A DNA stretch of 64,000 nt, from positions 706,252-770,251 of the forward strand of contig CAWEES010000002.1 of NCBI GenBank assembly GCA_963808245.1, written 5' to 3'. The first letter of the stretch is position 1; each line of letters opens with the position of its first letter. The stretch comes from an uncultured Bacteroidota bacterium. Its GTDB lineage: Bacteria; Bacteroidota; Ignavibacteria; Kryptoniales; JAKASW01. The translations under genes were made by a program, and so were the position numbers. Shown one piece after another: positions 48,239-58,213 of the stretch. The notes under the pieces were generated by a model that saw only the letters and a list, made by a program, of their open reading frames with translations, ran no database searches and was not told the DNA's origin.

Positions 48239-48315
48239 ACCATTCCTCCATTTAATCGCAGACCGGAGACAGCAAACCGGAATCCGGTCTTCGGGCTCCT
48301 GTCCCCATTTTGTTT

Positions 48316-50676
48316 TTATTCATATCTTAACGATTCCACCGGATTTGCCGTCGCGGCTTTGATCGATTGATAACACACTGTAAGAAGGACAATCATTAAA
48401 GCCAACCCTCCCGACAAGACAAACACCCACCAGTTTATTTCAATTCGATAGGCAAAGCCTTGCAGCCATTTGTTCATTGCATAGTAAGCAATTGGCCATG
48501 CTATGATGCTGGATAGCAGAGTCCACAGGACAAAATCTTTTGTGAGCGTTGACACCACGTTAGCAACAGATGCGCCCAGCACTTTTCGGATTCCTATTTC
48601 TTTGGTCCTATTCTCGGAAACAAATGATACCAGCCCAAACAAACCGAGACAGGCGATGAATATTGCCAGGATTGAAAAATATCCAAATATGTTTTCCATT
48701 CTTCCTTCCGATTGATAAAGCTTATCGATCTCTTCATTGAAGAAATGCACGGTGAATTGGTGCTCAGGATATTGTTTATGATAAATCTGTTCCACCATCC
48801 CAATGGTCTTCCCAATATCATTGGATTTTATACGCAGATACAAATGCCGAAATCCGTAGAGAGATAACATTAAGGGCTCAACTTCACCGCGTAGCGACCT
48901 GAAATTAAAATTCTTTACCACCCCGACAATCTTTCCTTCTTTATTCCCGGCGTGTAACCGTTTGCCGATTGGATTCTGCATATGCATAGCTTTTACGGCC
49001 GCTTCATTTACTACAAAAGCCTCCGCCTCGTCGGATGGATACTCCTTTGAGAAGAACCTTCCCTCCGCCATTCTTAACTTAAACGTTTGTGCGAAATCTT
49101 CGGTAACATATAGACTTGGAAAGCTAATCCACTTCGCATTCTTATCCATTCCTTCCCAATCAGGAACGTTATTAGTACCGATATTCAAAAGCATATCTCC
49201 AGAGGCCGCCACACCAATGATCTCCGTATGCTGGAGCAATTCATTTTTTATGGCTTCGTATTTGCCGGCAAAATCTTCCGTCTCCAGATAGACCAGATTT
49301 TCTTTATCAAATCCCAAATCCTTGTTCTTCATATAATGGAGCTGTTGGTATATAATAATCGTCCCGATAATGAGCACCACAGAAATGGTGAACTGGCCAA
49401 TCACGAGTAACCGCCGGAGCAGCGACGAACGGGAACGTACGTCAGCCGGTCCTTTCAAAATCTTAACCGGAGTGAAGGAGGAGAGAAATATTGCAGGATA
49501 ACTTCCTGAAATGATGCCTGTAAAAACTAGGAGACAAATCAAGCCGATAAATATCTCAACGTTTGAAAAGTCAATGGACAACGGTTTACCGGTAAAATTA
49601 TTAAATGCCGGAAGAAATAATTCAACGACAGCCAGGGCGATCACAAAAGCAATGGCGGAAATGAGGATCGATTCTCCAAGGAACTGCTTTATGAGTTGAG
49701 AGCGATTTGCGCCGATGACCTTCCGCAACCCGACTTCTTTGGTACGTTTTATAGAACGCGCAGTTGCCAGGTTCATGAAATTGATGCACGCCATGAACAA
49801 TATGAATGCTGCAATAAGCGTAAAGAAAATCACATACTGAATGCTGCCTTCCTTATTTTCAAACTTGAAATCAGAGTCCAGATGTGCTTTAGTTATCGGC
49901 TGCAGAAAAAACTTTATATGGTTGCTTAATGCCGGGTTATATTTATCCAGAAATGTCTTGAACTCCGCGTTCATTCTTTCGCTCACCGTCGAATAAGAAA
50001 CACCCTTGTTCAGGAGGACGTAAGTTTTATAGTCCGCGTTTGGCTCGTACCAGCTATCGGGGTCCCGCGAAGTCCTGAGGAGTGCGAATGAAAGAAAGCA
50101 ATCAGTTTTCCTGAGGTATTCGTGCGTAAGCCGGGGAATGTCTTTCACAACTCCAGTGACTATGAGTGGACGTGGGTCGTCTGCTTGGGTGATGGTTTTG
50201 CCCATGGCATCTTCCCCGCCAAAGAGTGTTTGTGCAGTACTTTCAGTAATAACTATCGAACCAACATCGTTTAAAGCTGTTTTAGAATCACCCTTTATGA
50301 ATTGGGTTGGGAAAATGTCGAAAAAGCGAGGCTCAATATATCGAGCAGTTGCATCAAGTCCCTTATCCTTATACTGAATCTTTTTACCATCATGGTTCAC
50401 CCTGGTCACCTCCTGGATACCAGGGACAGATTCTTTCAGCCAGTTGGCAAATGGACCGGGCGTTGCAAAGATTTGAGTACCATCCATGTCCCAGATTACA
50501 CGGCAAATACGATCGGCATTTTTATTATAGCGCTCGTAGTTCAATTCATCCTGCACCCATAACATGATAAGGATAAAACATGCCATACCGATCGCAAGTC
50601 CCGCGATATTTATGAACGAATATATTTTATTTCGCGATATGTTTCTTATCGCAATCTTAAAATAATTCTTCAGCAT
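48316..50676 (-). CDS. ABC transporter permease, fused double FtsX/MacB-type (paralog 5)
   Basis: Start moved to the ATG at 50676 (MLKNYFKIAIRNI), preceded by GGAGGGAGGG. 786 aa. Ends SIKAATANPVESLRYE. Confidence 0.9.
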   Translation of the reverse strand: MLKNYFKIAIRNISRNKIYSFINIAGLAIGMACFILIMLWVQDELNYERYNKNADRICRVIWDMDGTQIFATPGPFANWLKESVPGIQEVTRVNHDGKKIQYKDKGLDATARYIEPRFFDIFPTQFIKGDSKTALNDVGSIVITESTAQTLFGGEDAMGKTITQADDPRPLIVTGVVKDIPRLTHEYLRKTDCFLSFALLRTSRDPDSWYEPNADYKTYVLLNKGVSYSTVSERMNAEFKTFLDKYNPALSNHIKFFLQPITKAHLDSDFKFENKEGSIQYVIFFTLIAAFILFMACINFMNLATARSIKRTKEVGLRKVIGANRSQLIKQFLGESILISAIAFVIALAVVELFLPAFNNFTGKPLSIDFSNVEIFIGLICLLVFTGIISGSYPAIFLSSFTPVKILKGPADVRSRSSLLRRLLVIGQFTISVVLIIGTIIIYQQLHYMKNKDLGFDKENLVYLETEDFAGKYEAIKNELLQHTEIIGVAASGDMLLNIGTNNVPDWEGMDKNAKWISFPSLYVTEDFAQTFKLRMAEGRFFSKEYPSDEAEAFVVNEAAVKAMHMQNPIGKRLHAGNKEGKIVGVVKNFNFRSLRGEVEPLMLSLYGFRHLYLRIKSNDIGKTIGMVEQIYHKQYPEHQFTVHFFNEEIDKLYQSEGRMENIFGYFSILAIFIACLGLFGLVSFVSENRTKEIGIRKVLGASVANVVSTLTKDFVLWTLLSSIIAWPIAYYAMNKWLQGFAYRIEINWWVFVLSGGLALMIVLLTVCYQSIKAATANPVESLRYE

Positions 50677-50769
50677 ACCCTCCCTCCAATTTTTCTTCGT
50701 ACAGCGCAAAGGGCAGAACCCATAGCGTACCGATTGGGCTTTGCTCCATGCTCTACGCCCCTCGCGAGT

Positions 50770-53187
50770 TTATTCATATCTCAACGACTCCACTGGATTT
50801 GCAGTCGCGGCTTTGATGGTACGGTACCCAATTGTGAGCCATGCTATCAGCATCGTTCCAAAAATTGTCAACGAGAAAAGACCCACTCCGATATTAATAT
50901 GGTAAGCGAAATTCTCCAGCCATCGATTCATTATATAATAACCGAGAGGAGCTGCTAGCGCGAATGCCACTGAAATCAAAAGCGCGAACTCTCTTGAGAA
51001 GAGGAGCAGTATGTTTCCACCTGACGCGCCCAACACCTTCCTTATCCCGACTTCTTTTGTCCGCTGCTCAGCCATAAATGAGGCCAATCCATAAAGACCT
51101 AAGGATGATATGAAGATTGCGATACCCGCGAATATTGCGTAGAGTTTTGAAAGTTGATCTTGCTGCTTGTAAAAGCCGTCAATCTTCGCATCCAGGAATT
51201 GATATTCATAAACATAGTCGGGATACGTATCTGTCCAAATTCGTTCTATAGCGGCGAGCGTGCGCCGTGTGTCGCCGGGATTGATCTTGATATTGATTTG
51301 GTCGTACTGCTCTTTCCAGGCGCCCATGATCACCGGCGACATCGGATCATCCAAAGGGTGGTCATTGAAATCTTTAACCACTCCAACAACTGGAGCCACT
51401 ATGCTCCCATCCCAAAAGTCGATCCTCTTCCCCAAGGCCGCCTGAGGATCGTTTATTCCCAGCCTCTTGAGCAGGGTCTCGTTTACTACAAAGCCGCGCG
51501 GAGTATCCGACTGGAGATACGAATTTCCCGCAACAAATTTTATATCATACGTTCTAAAATAGTCTGCATCCGACCACAAAAGGTCGGCGTTGAAATCGGT
51601 CGCCTTGCCTGAATTGTTGAACCTGAAATTGCTATCCCAATGTGAATTATCAGTCGGGCTAAATGCACTGAAGCTGACATCCCTGATGCCTGACTGCGTC
51701 AGCAGTCGATTCTTCAGGACTCCAATTTTGTTTATACTGACGCTATCGACCGGAATTGGCACAGTAACAACAGCGTCTTTATTGAAACCCAACGAAAGGT
51801 TCTTAAAGTAATCCATCTGATTAATGACGGCAAGCATTCCAAATATCAGGACCTGGGCAATCAGAAACTGGAACACGACTAGTCCTCTTCTAAGAGAAAT
51901 CCCGCCGAATGTTTTCACGGCTGCCTTCGATTTTATTGCCGTCACGGGGTCAAAGCCTGAAAGCACTATAGCCGGATAAGATCCGGAAATGGCAACCAAC
52001 GAGACAAAGACAATAATTAGAAATTCAATAATCTCCATGTTGGCAGAGGAATTCAAACTGAGTGGAACTTGAAGAAGGTTGTTCAGAAATGGAAGCGAGA
52101 TCTCAGCAAGCCCGAGCCCAATCAATACCGCAAAGAAAGTTATCAAGGCTGTTTCACTAAGAAATTGAATTGCGAGTTGCCGTCTATTCCCTCCCAAGAC
52201 TTTTCTAACTCCCACCTCCCGTCCCCGTTTGACAGCCTGTGCAGTAGACAGGTTGATGAAATTCGCGCACGCCACAATAAGCAGGAAGACCGCTATCAAT
52301 ATCAGTGCATCGATCAATCGTCGGCTGAAAGAGTGGTTATTATAGTTCCCAAACCGGCTGTCGAAATGCATATCGGCCAAAGGCTGCAACTGCAATTCAT
52401 CTTTCTGATATTCCGGCGGTTTGTGCTCCTTCACCAATGTTGCAAGAAAGGACTCTGCTTCTGGAACGGGTAACTTTTTAGAAAGAAGAAGGAAACAGTT
52501 ATTGCCATCGTAGACACTGACCCAGTCCTTGAAGAACCCGCGATTTCCATTCTCGTATGTCTTATATGAAATCAACACGCCAAGAGGGAAATCGCTGTTT
52601 GCCGGAGCATTCTGAATAATGCCGGTAATCCTCAGGACTTCATTGTTATCATCCTTGATGAACCGCCCGACTGCGTCCTCCCAATTACCAAAATACTTGT
52701 CCGCGTATTTTTGAGTTAGGACAACGGTGTTTGGTTCTGCGAGAGACGTCTTAGCTTCTCCAGCCAGCCATTTGAAATCGAATACCTCAAAGAATTGCTG
52801 CTCGACATAGAATACGCCGGACTTTTCTTTGAATTTGTTTCCGGAGACATCCTTCCCGCTTGCAAGAATTGTGATAAGCGCATCCGTTTGCTCATTAATA
52901 GCCGCTACTTTTCCAATCTGAGGAAATTCTGAACGAAGCCCATCCGCAACCGGGAAGGGAACTCCGGAAGAATAAGTCGTACCGTCAGAGTTCTTGGAAA
53001 CTGACACGACACGGTAAATCCGATCCCGATTTGAATGGAAGTTGTCGAAACTCAGCTCGAACTGGACGAGCACAAAAATGATGACGCACACGGCAATCCC
53101 AACGGCGAGCCCAACGACATTTATGAACGCATAACTTTTATTTCGCGACAGATTCCTTATCGCAACCCGGAAGTAGTTCTTAATCAT
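50770..53187 (-). CDS. ABC transporter permease, fused double FtsX/MacB-type (paralog 4)
   Basis: Start moved to the ATG at 53187 (MIKNYFRVAIRNL), with GGAG 8 nt upstream. 805 aa. Ends TIKAATANPVESLRYE. Confidence 0.9.
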   Translation of the reverse strand: MIKNYFRVAIRNLSRNKSYAFINVVGLAVGIAVCVIIFVLVQFELSFDNFHSNRDRIYRVVSVSKNSDGTTYSSGVPFPVADGLRSEFPQIGKVAAINEQTDALITILASGKDVSGNKFKEKSGVFYVEQQFFEVFDFKWLAGEAKTSLAEPNTVVLTQKYADKYFGNWEDAVGRFIKDDNNEVLRITGIIQNAPANSDFPLGVLISYKTYENGNRGFFKDWVSVYDGNNCFLLLSKKLPVPEAESFLATLVKEHKPPEYQKDELQLQPLADMHFDSRFGNYNNHSFSRRLIDALILIAVFLLIVACANFINLSTAQAVKRGREVGVRKVLGGNRRQLAIQFLSETALITFFAVLIGLGLAEISLPFLNNLLQVPLSLNSSANMEIIEFLIIVFVSLVAISGSYPAIVLSGFDPVTAIKSKAAVKTFGGISLRRGLVVFQFLIAQVLIFGMLAVINQMDYFKNLSLGFNKDAVVTVPIPVDSVSINKIGVLKNRLLTQSGIRDVSFSAFSPTDNSHWDSNFRFNNSGKATDFNADLLWSDADYFRTYDIKFVAGNSYLQSDTPRGFVVNETLLKRLGINDPQAALGKRIDFWDGSIVAPVVGVVKDFNDHPLDDPMSPVIMGAWKEQYDQINIKINPGDTRRTLAAIERIWTDTYPDYVYEYQFLDAKIDGFYKQQDQLSKLYAIFAGIAIFISSLGLYGLASFMAEQRTKEVGIRKVLGASGGNILLLFSREFALLISVAFALAAPLGYYIMNRWLENFAYHINIGVGLFSLTIFGTMLIAWLTIGYRTIKAATANPVESLRYE

Positions 53188-53242
53188 GTTCCGCTCCATC
53201 TCGTTTCAATTTTCAATGACCATCAATAATTGTTTATTACAT

Positions 53243-55669
53243 TTATTCATATCGCAGGCTTTCAATCGGATTTGCCGTCGCCGCTTTGATCGCACGAGAA
53301 CCCACAGTAAGCAGTGCAACAATCAATGCCAAGGCACCTGACACGATAAAAATCCAGAGACTAATGTCTGTCCTGTAAGCGAAGTTCTTCAGCCAATTAT
53401 TCATAACATAATACGCCAGAGGCCATGCAATCGCGTTTGCTATCAAAACCCATTTTGCAAACTGGACGGACAAAAGCGCGATTACTTCCGGCACAGATGC
53501 GCCGAGGACTTTTCGAATCCCGATTTCTTTAGTACGCTGCTCCGTGATGAAAGCGGCAAGACCAAGAAGGCCAAGACATGCTATGAAGATCGCGAGGATC
53601 GAGAACGCGCTGGCTATCTCACTTGTCCTTTGGTCCGCCGCATAGAGTTTCTGCAGGTTATCATTGAGAAAGTTGTAACTGAATCCTTCATCTCCGGCAT
53701 ATTTTTTCCAGACAGTCTCCATAAAAGATATGGTTGCCAGGTGATCACCCGGTGCCAGGCGAACTGTAACAAAACGACCGATGAATCCGCTTGACGGAAA
53801 GAGCCGAATAACCAGAGGCCGAATTGGCTCATGTAAGGATTCATAATTAAAATCCTTGATGACTCCGACTATTTCAAATTTATTCTCTGACTGCGGCGTG
53901 GGCCCGGGAGAAATGAGATACCTGCCGACGATGTTCTTGACACCGAACGCCCGCTCAACTTCTTCATTGACGACCACTGCCGCAGTATCCGAAGGGTGTT
54001 CAATTGAGAAGAACCTTCCATCCGCCATATTTAACCGGTATGTCTTAGCAAAATCATAATCGCAATACATTTGAAGAATATCTTCAAGCCGGTCCGCGGA
54101 TGTGCCGGAAAGCTTGTAAGCACTGTCGCCCTTCTGATCGCCGGGAATCGCATTCGAATTGGTGAGGCTGATAACGTCCTTGTCCGCCTTCAACTCGTCT
54201 TCAAAGGAATGTAGCCGATCGAAAAGATCGTCCGTCCTATTAATCACGATGGTTTCTTCCTTGTCAAACCCGAGGTTCTTTGTCTGGACATATCGCAGCT
54301 GCGAGTAGATGATCGCGGTTCCTATGAACAACGCGATCGAAATTGCAAACTGAGAAATCACCAGCCCATTCCTGAGTAGGGACTTTCGTCCACCTTTTTT
54401 CATCTCTGATCTTAAGACATCGATTGGACGGAATGACGATAGGTACAAAGCGGGATAACTTCCTGCGATGAGTCCGACGACAATGGCGAAGCAAATCAGG
54501 AGCGGAATTGATGATGGATCGCTGAACACATGAAAGGCCATCTTCTTGTTCGCGATTTCATTGAACAACGGAAGAAGTAGTTCCACAATCCCGACAGCCA
54601 GGATCACCGCTATCACACTCATCAAGATTGACTCAGACATGAATTGCCCGATGAGGTATGATCGGGTTGATCCCAGAGTTTTCCTGACGCCGACTTCTTT
54701 TGCTCGCCTCTCCGATCTAGCGGTTGCCAGATTTATGAAATTGATGCAGGCGATCAGCAATATCGAAATGGCGATCGCGGAAAAAATGTAAACATACATG
54801 ATATCGCTATTCGGTTCTATCTCATAATCCAGATGGGAATTAAGGTGAATCGAAGTAAGAGATTGAAGTATGTACCCATACCTGTTTCCAGCGGCCAGGA
54901 ACTGATCCATGGAAATTCCAACGACCGCTTTCAACTGTGGGCCGGCATAATTCTTTACTTCCTCATTCAGTTTGCGCTGAAAGTCGGCGGGAACTACGCC
55001 TTTCCGGAGAAGGAAATAAGTATAGTAATTGTTGCTCAACCATGTGGGGTTCTTGCTATCCTGCATCGTCGTGAGTGAGCCGATGAAATCCGGATGGAAA
55101 TGCGAAGCCTGAGGAATATCGTCAATCACACCGGTCACGATGTAATTATTCTGCTTATCCATATTTAGAATTTTGCCGATCGGATCTTCGCTGCCGAAGT
55201 ACTTCCGCGCCGTAGATTCGGTTATCACTACCGTGTTGGGTTCAGTTAGAGCAGTCTTCGGATTTCCTGCAATAAAAGGAAGCGTGAACACGTCAAAAAG
55301 CGTAGAGTCAGCCCAGAAAAATTTTTCTTCACTAAAGGTTTTGTCTTTGTACCGCATCACAGGAAAACCAGCCTTGAAGACGCGGACATAAGCTTCAACA
55401 TCGGGTATATCATGGGAAACCGTGGGCCCCATCGTCGCAGGGCTCATCGCTATATCGACATCATGTCCGTTAATTCTCCCGTGAAGAATTGGGCGATAGA
55501 TTCTATCCGCATCCTTGTTGAACCTGTCGTAACTTATCTCGTCTCGAACGTAAAGCATGATCGCAATACAGCATGCTATGCCGACCGCGAGACCGATTAT
55601 ATTTATAAGTGAGAAAGCCTTATAGTTCCTAATGTTTCTCAGCGCAACGCGCAGATAGTTCTTTATCAT
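53243..55669 (-). CDS. ABC transporter permease, fused double FtsX/MacB-type (paralog 3)
   Basis: Start moved to the ATG at 55669 (MIKNYLRVALRNI), preceded by GGAGGAGGAG. 808 aa. Closest relative of paralog 1 (roughly two-thirds identity over the N-terminal 200 aa, by eye). Confidence 0.9.
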   Translation of the reverse strand: MIKNYLRVALRNIRNYKAFSLINIIGLAVGIACCIAIMLYVRDEISYDRFNKDADRIYRPILHGRINGHDVDIAMSPATMGPTVSHDIPDVEAYVRVFKAGFPVMRYKDKTFSEEKFFWADSTLFDVFTLPFIAGNPKTALTEPNTVVITESTARKYFGSEDPIGKILNMDKQNNYIVTGVIDDIPQASHFHPDFIGSLTTMQDSKNPTWLSNNYYTYFLLRKGVVPADFQRKLNEEVKNYAGPQLKAVVGISMDQFLAAGNRYGYILQSLTSIHLNSHLDYEIEPNSDIMYVYIFSAIAISILLIACINFINLATARSERRAKEVGVRKTLGSTRSYLIGQFMSESILMSVIAVILAVGIVELLLPLFNEIANKKMAFHVFSDPSSIPLLICFAIVVGLIAGSYPALYLSSFRPIDVLRSEMKKGGRKSLLRNGLVISQFAISIALFIGTAIIYSQLRYVQTKNLGFDKEETIVINRTDDLFDRLHSFEDELKADKDVISLTNSNAIPGDQKGDSAYKLSGTSADRLEDILQMYCDYDFAKTYRLNMADGRFFSIEHPSDTAAVVVNEEVERAFGVKNIVGRYLISPGPTPQSENKFEIVGVIKDFNYESLHEPIRPLVIRLFPSSGFIGRFVTVRLAPGDHLATISFMETVWKKYAGDEGFSYNFLNDNLQKLYAADQRTSEIASAFSILAIFIACLGLLGLAAFITEQRTKEIGIRKVLGASVPEVIALLSVQFAKWVLIANAIAWPLAYYVMNNWLKNFAYRTDISLWIFIVSGALALIVALLTVGSRAIKAATANPIESLRYE

Positions 55670-55773
55670 CTCCTCCTCCACCTCAACTCTGTTTATGATT
55701 CCTTTTTTTTGATGACCATTTGATCATTCATAGTGCAGACTTTCAATCGGGTTTGCCGTCGCGGCTTTGATCG
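55632..55773. repeat. Permease junction repeat, copy a
   Basis: ~142 bp spanning the first ~13 codons of paralog 3, the spacer, and the last ~17 codons of paralog 2. ~90% identical by eye to 58071..58213, including the non-coding spacer. Confidence 0.8.
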
Positions 55774-58108
55774 CCTGAAAACTCATCGTGATAAATGCTA
55801 TAGTCACCGCAACAATACCGGCGGCCACAAACACCAGGACGCCTATGTTTATCCTGTATGCGAATTCCTGAAGCCATCTGCTCATGACAAAGTACGCAAT
55901 CGGCACAGCAACGAGCGAAGCGATTGTGACAAGCCATAGAAAGTCTTTCGCCAGAAGTACAACTATCCCTTTGACCGAAGCGCCGAGCACTTTCCTGATT
56001 CCAATTTCTTTAGTCCTCTGTTCAGCAGTGTATGTTGCCAGACCAAACAGCCCTAAGCAAGCGATGAAGATTGCGAGTGATGAAAAGAAATTGAATATCC
56101 TCTCGGTCCGAATATCGGTCTTGTACATCTCGTCCACAAACTGATCGAGGAACGAATAGTCGAATGGCTCTGTCGGAATAATCCTTTTCCATGTTGCTCC
56201 AATGAAATCTACCGCTTCCCTGGGTTTTCCCGGCTCCAGTCTCACCAGCATGTATTCGACGCGCTGTGGATCAATTCTCATAATCAACGGTCCGATCTTA
56301 TCATGGAGGCTGGCAAAGTTGAAATCTTTGACGACGCCAATAACCGTCCCGACCGGCGTTCCTTCGAACTGTTTTCCAATCGAATTCTTCCAGCCGAATT
56401 TGTGAGCGGCAGTCTCGTTGATTATGACTGCGGATGAATCGGATGCTATATCACGCGAAAAGTCCCTGCCCTGTACAATCTGCATCTGCATTGTCTTGAT
56501 GTAATCGTAATCGATGAAACTCCGTGTCATGTCCATCTGCACCTGGCTGTTCGTGCCGACAACTGTCTCAGTGCCGTCGTTCCCGCTTGCGCCTGTCAAC
56601 CCTGAACCCGCTGCAACATCCATGATGTCAGAATTCTTCAGCAGCTCCGTTTTTAACAGTCCGACTTTTTCGACCGCGTTCTTGCTGTGAAGCGGAATAT
56701 ACAAGACCTGCTGTCTGTTGAAACCAAGACCCATGCTTGCTACATAACTCATTTGACCCGAAACTATTTCCGTACATACGATCAAAGCTATTGCAATAGA
56801 AAATTGCAGCACCACAAGCGTCTTTCTGAAGTTCGCCCTCCTTGTCACAGAAATGGCGAGACCTTTCAAAGATTGGGCGGGTTGAAGACGTGAGAGAAAG
56901 AAAGCAGGATAGCTCCCGGCAACGATGCCGACCAGAATAGCGATCCCGAGCAGTTCAAGAAGAAACGATAAGCTGTCTCTGTATGTAAATATTATTCGCT
57001 CTTCGAAGATGCTCTTGAAATACGGGAATGCCAATTCCGCTAGAAGCAGCGATAGCATGAATGCTAACAGAGAAATGATCACCGACTCGCCGAGGAACTG
57101 GTAAATGAGATTCCGTCTGGTCGAGCCTAAAACCTTTCGCATGCCGATCTCTTTGAGTCTCTTTGTCGACCGCGCAGTTGCAAGATTCATGAAATTGATG
57201 CAGCCGATCAGCAAAATGAAGACCGCGATAATTGAAAAAATGTAGACTGTCGATGTACTACCAAAATTATGATTATAAGCCTGGTACGGAATATCCCCGG
57301 AGTGAAGGTGTATTTCTTTTAATGGTTGGAGAAATATTTGCAGGTGAGTCCACATATCCTTAGGTACAACCTTATCTACAAATCCCGGCAGTCCCTGTTC
57401 AACAGATTCACGAGTTATCCCTTTCTTCAGTAGAACATATGTTGCTAGACCGTTTGACCCCCAGCTGTTCAACCATCTTATGGAGTTCTCCACCGATTTG
57501 TACGACCCGAGAATTTCAAAATAGACATGGGAATTCTGGGGGCAATCTTTCATCACGCCCGTAACCGTGTAATTATTCGGCCCATTACCGTAATCGAGAC
57601 TGACTGTTCTACCTAACGGATCACTCCCTCCGAAGAATTTCTTCGCTACGCTCTGTGTGACCACTAAGGAATATGGTCCGTTCAGCGCCGTCTTCGGATC
57701 TCCTTCGATGAAGGGAAATGTAAAAATATCAAATGTGGAAGGATCCGCAAAGGATACATTTTTCTGATAATAACCGACGTCCCCAATCTTGCAGAATGAC
57801 GATGGGGCGGGCATGATTCTCGCTGAACTTTCTATCTGGGAAAAATACCCATTCAGCGCGGGTGCCAGTGGACCCATCGTGACCGCGACATTCATCTTTC
57901 CGATGCCGGGCTGATCTTGTATCTCGACTGTCCTGTATATTCTGTCTGCCTTCGTGTTGAATGTGTCATAACTCAACTCATTCTTGATGAAAATGGAAAC
58001 AAGAATAAAGCCGCCAAGACCGACAGCAAGCCCGGCAATATTTATGAATGAATATGTCCTATTGCGCACTATGTTTCTCAGCGCAACGCGAAGATAGTTC
58101 TTTATCAT
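55724..58108 (-). CDS. ABC transporter permease, fused double FtsX/MacB-type (paralog 2)
   Basis: 794 aa. MIKNYLRVALRNIV ... AIKAATANPIESLHYE (His variant of the terminal motif). Confidence 0.9.
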   Translation of the reverse strand: MIKNYLRVALRNIVRNRTYSFINIAGLAVGLGGFILVSIFIKNELSYDTFNTKADRIYRTVEIQDQPGIGKMNVAVTMGPLAPALNGYFSQIESSARIMPAPSSFCKIGDVGYYQKNVSFADPSTFDIFTFPFIEGDPKTALNGPYSLVVTQSVAKKFFGGSDPLGRTVSLDYGNGPNNYTVTGVMKDCPQNSHVYFEILGSYKSVENSIRWLNSWGSNGLATYVLLKKGITRESVEQGLPGFVDKVVPKDMWTHLQIFLQPLKEIHLHSGDIPYQAYNHNFGSTSTVYIFSIIAVFILLIGCINFMNLATARSTKRLKEIGMRKVLGSTRRNLIYQFLGESVIISLLAFMLSLLLAELAFPYFKSIFEERIIFTYRDSLSFLLELLGIAILVGIVAGSYPAFFLSRLQPAQSLKGLAISVTRRANFRKTLVVLQFSIAIALIVCTEIVSGQMSYVASMGLGFNRQQVLYIPLHSKNAVEKVGLLKTELLKNSDIMDVAAGSGLTGASGNDGTETVVGTNSQVQMDMTRSFIDYDYIKTMQMQIVQGRDFSRDIASDSSAVIINETAAHKFGWKNSIGKQFEGTPVGTVIGVVKDFNFASLHDKIGPLIMRIDPQRVEYMLVRLEPGKPREAVDFIGATWKRIIPTEPFDYSFLDQFVDEMYKTDIRTERIFNFFSSLAIFIACLGLFGLATYTAEQRTKEIGIRKVLGASVKGIVVLLAKDFLWLVTIASLVAVPIAYFVMSRWLQEFAYRINIGVLVFVAAGIVAVTIAFITMSFQAIKAATANPIESLHYE

Positions 58109-58213
58109 CTCCTCCTCAACCTCATACTCTGTTTATGATTCCGCTTTTTTGATGATCGCTTGGTCATTCATAGTGCAGACTCTCAATCGGGTTTGCCGTC
58201 GCGGCCTTGATAG
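58071..58213. repeat. Permease junction repeat, copy b
   Basis: Same as copy a, at the paralog 2 / paralog 1 junction. Confidence 0.8.
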
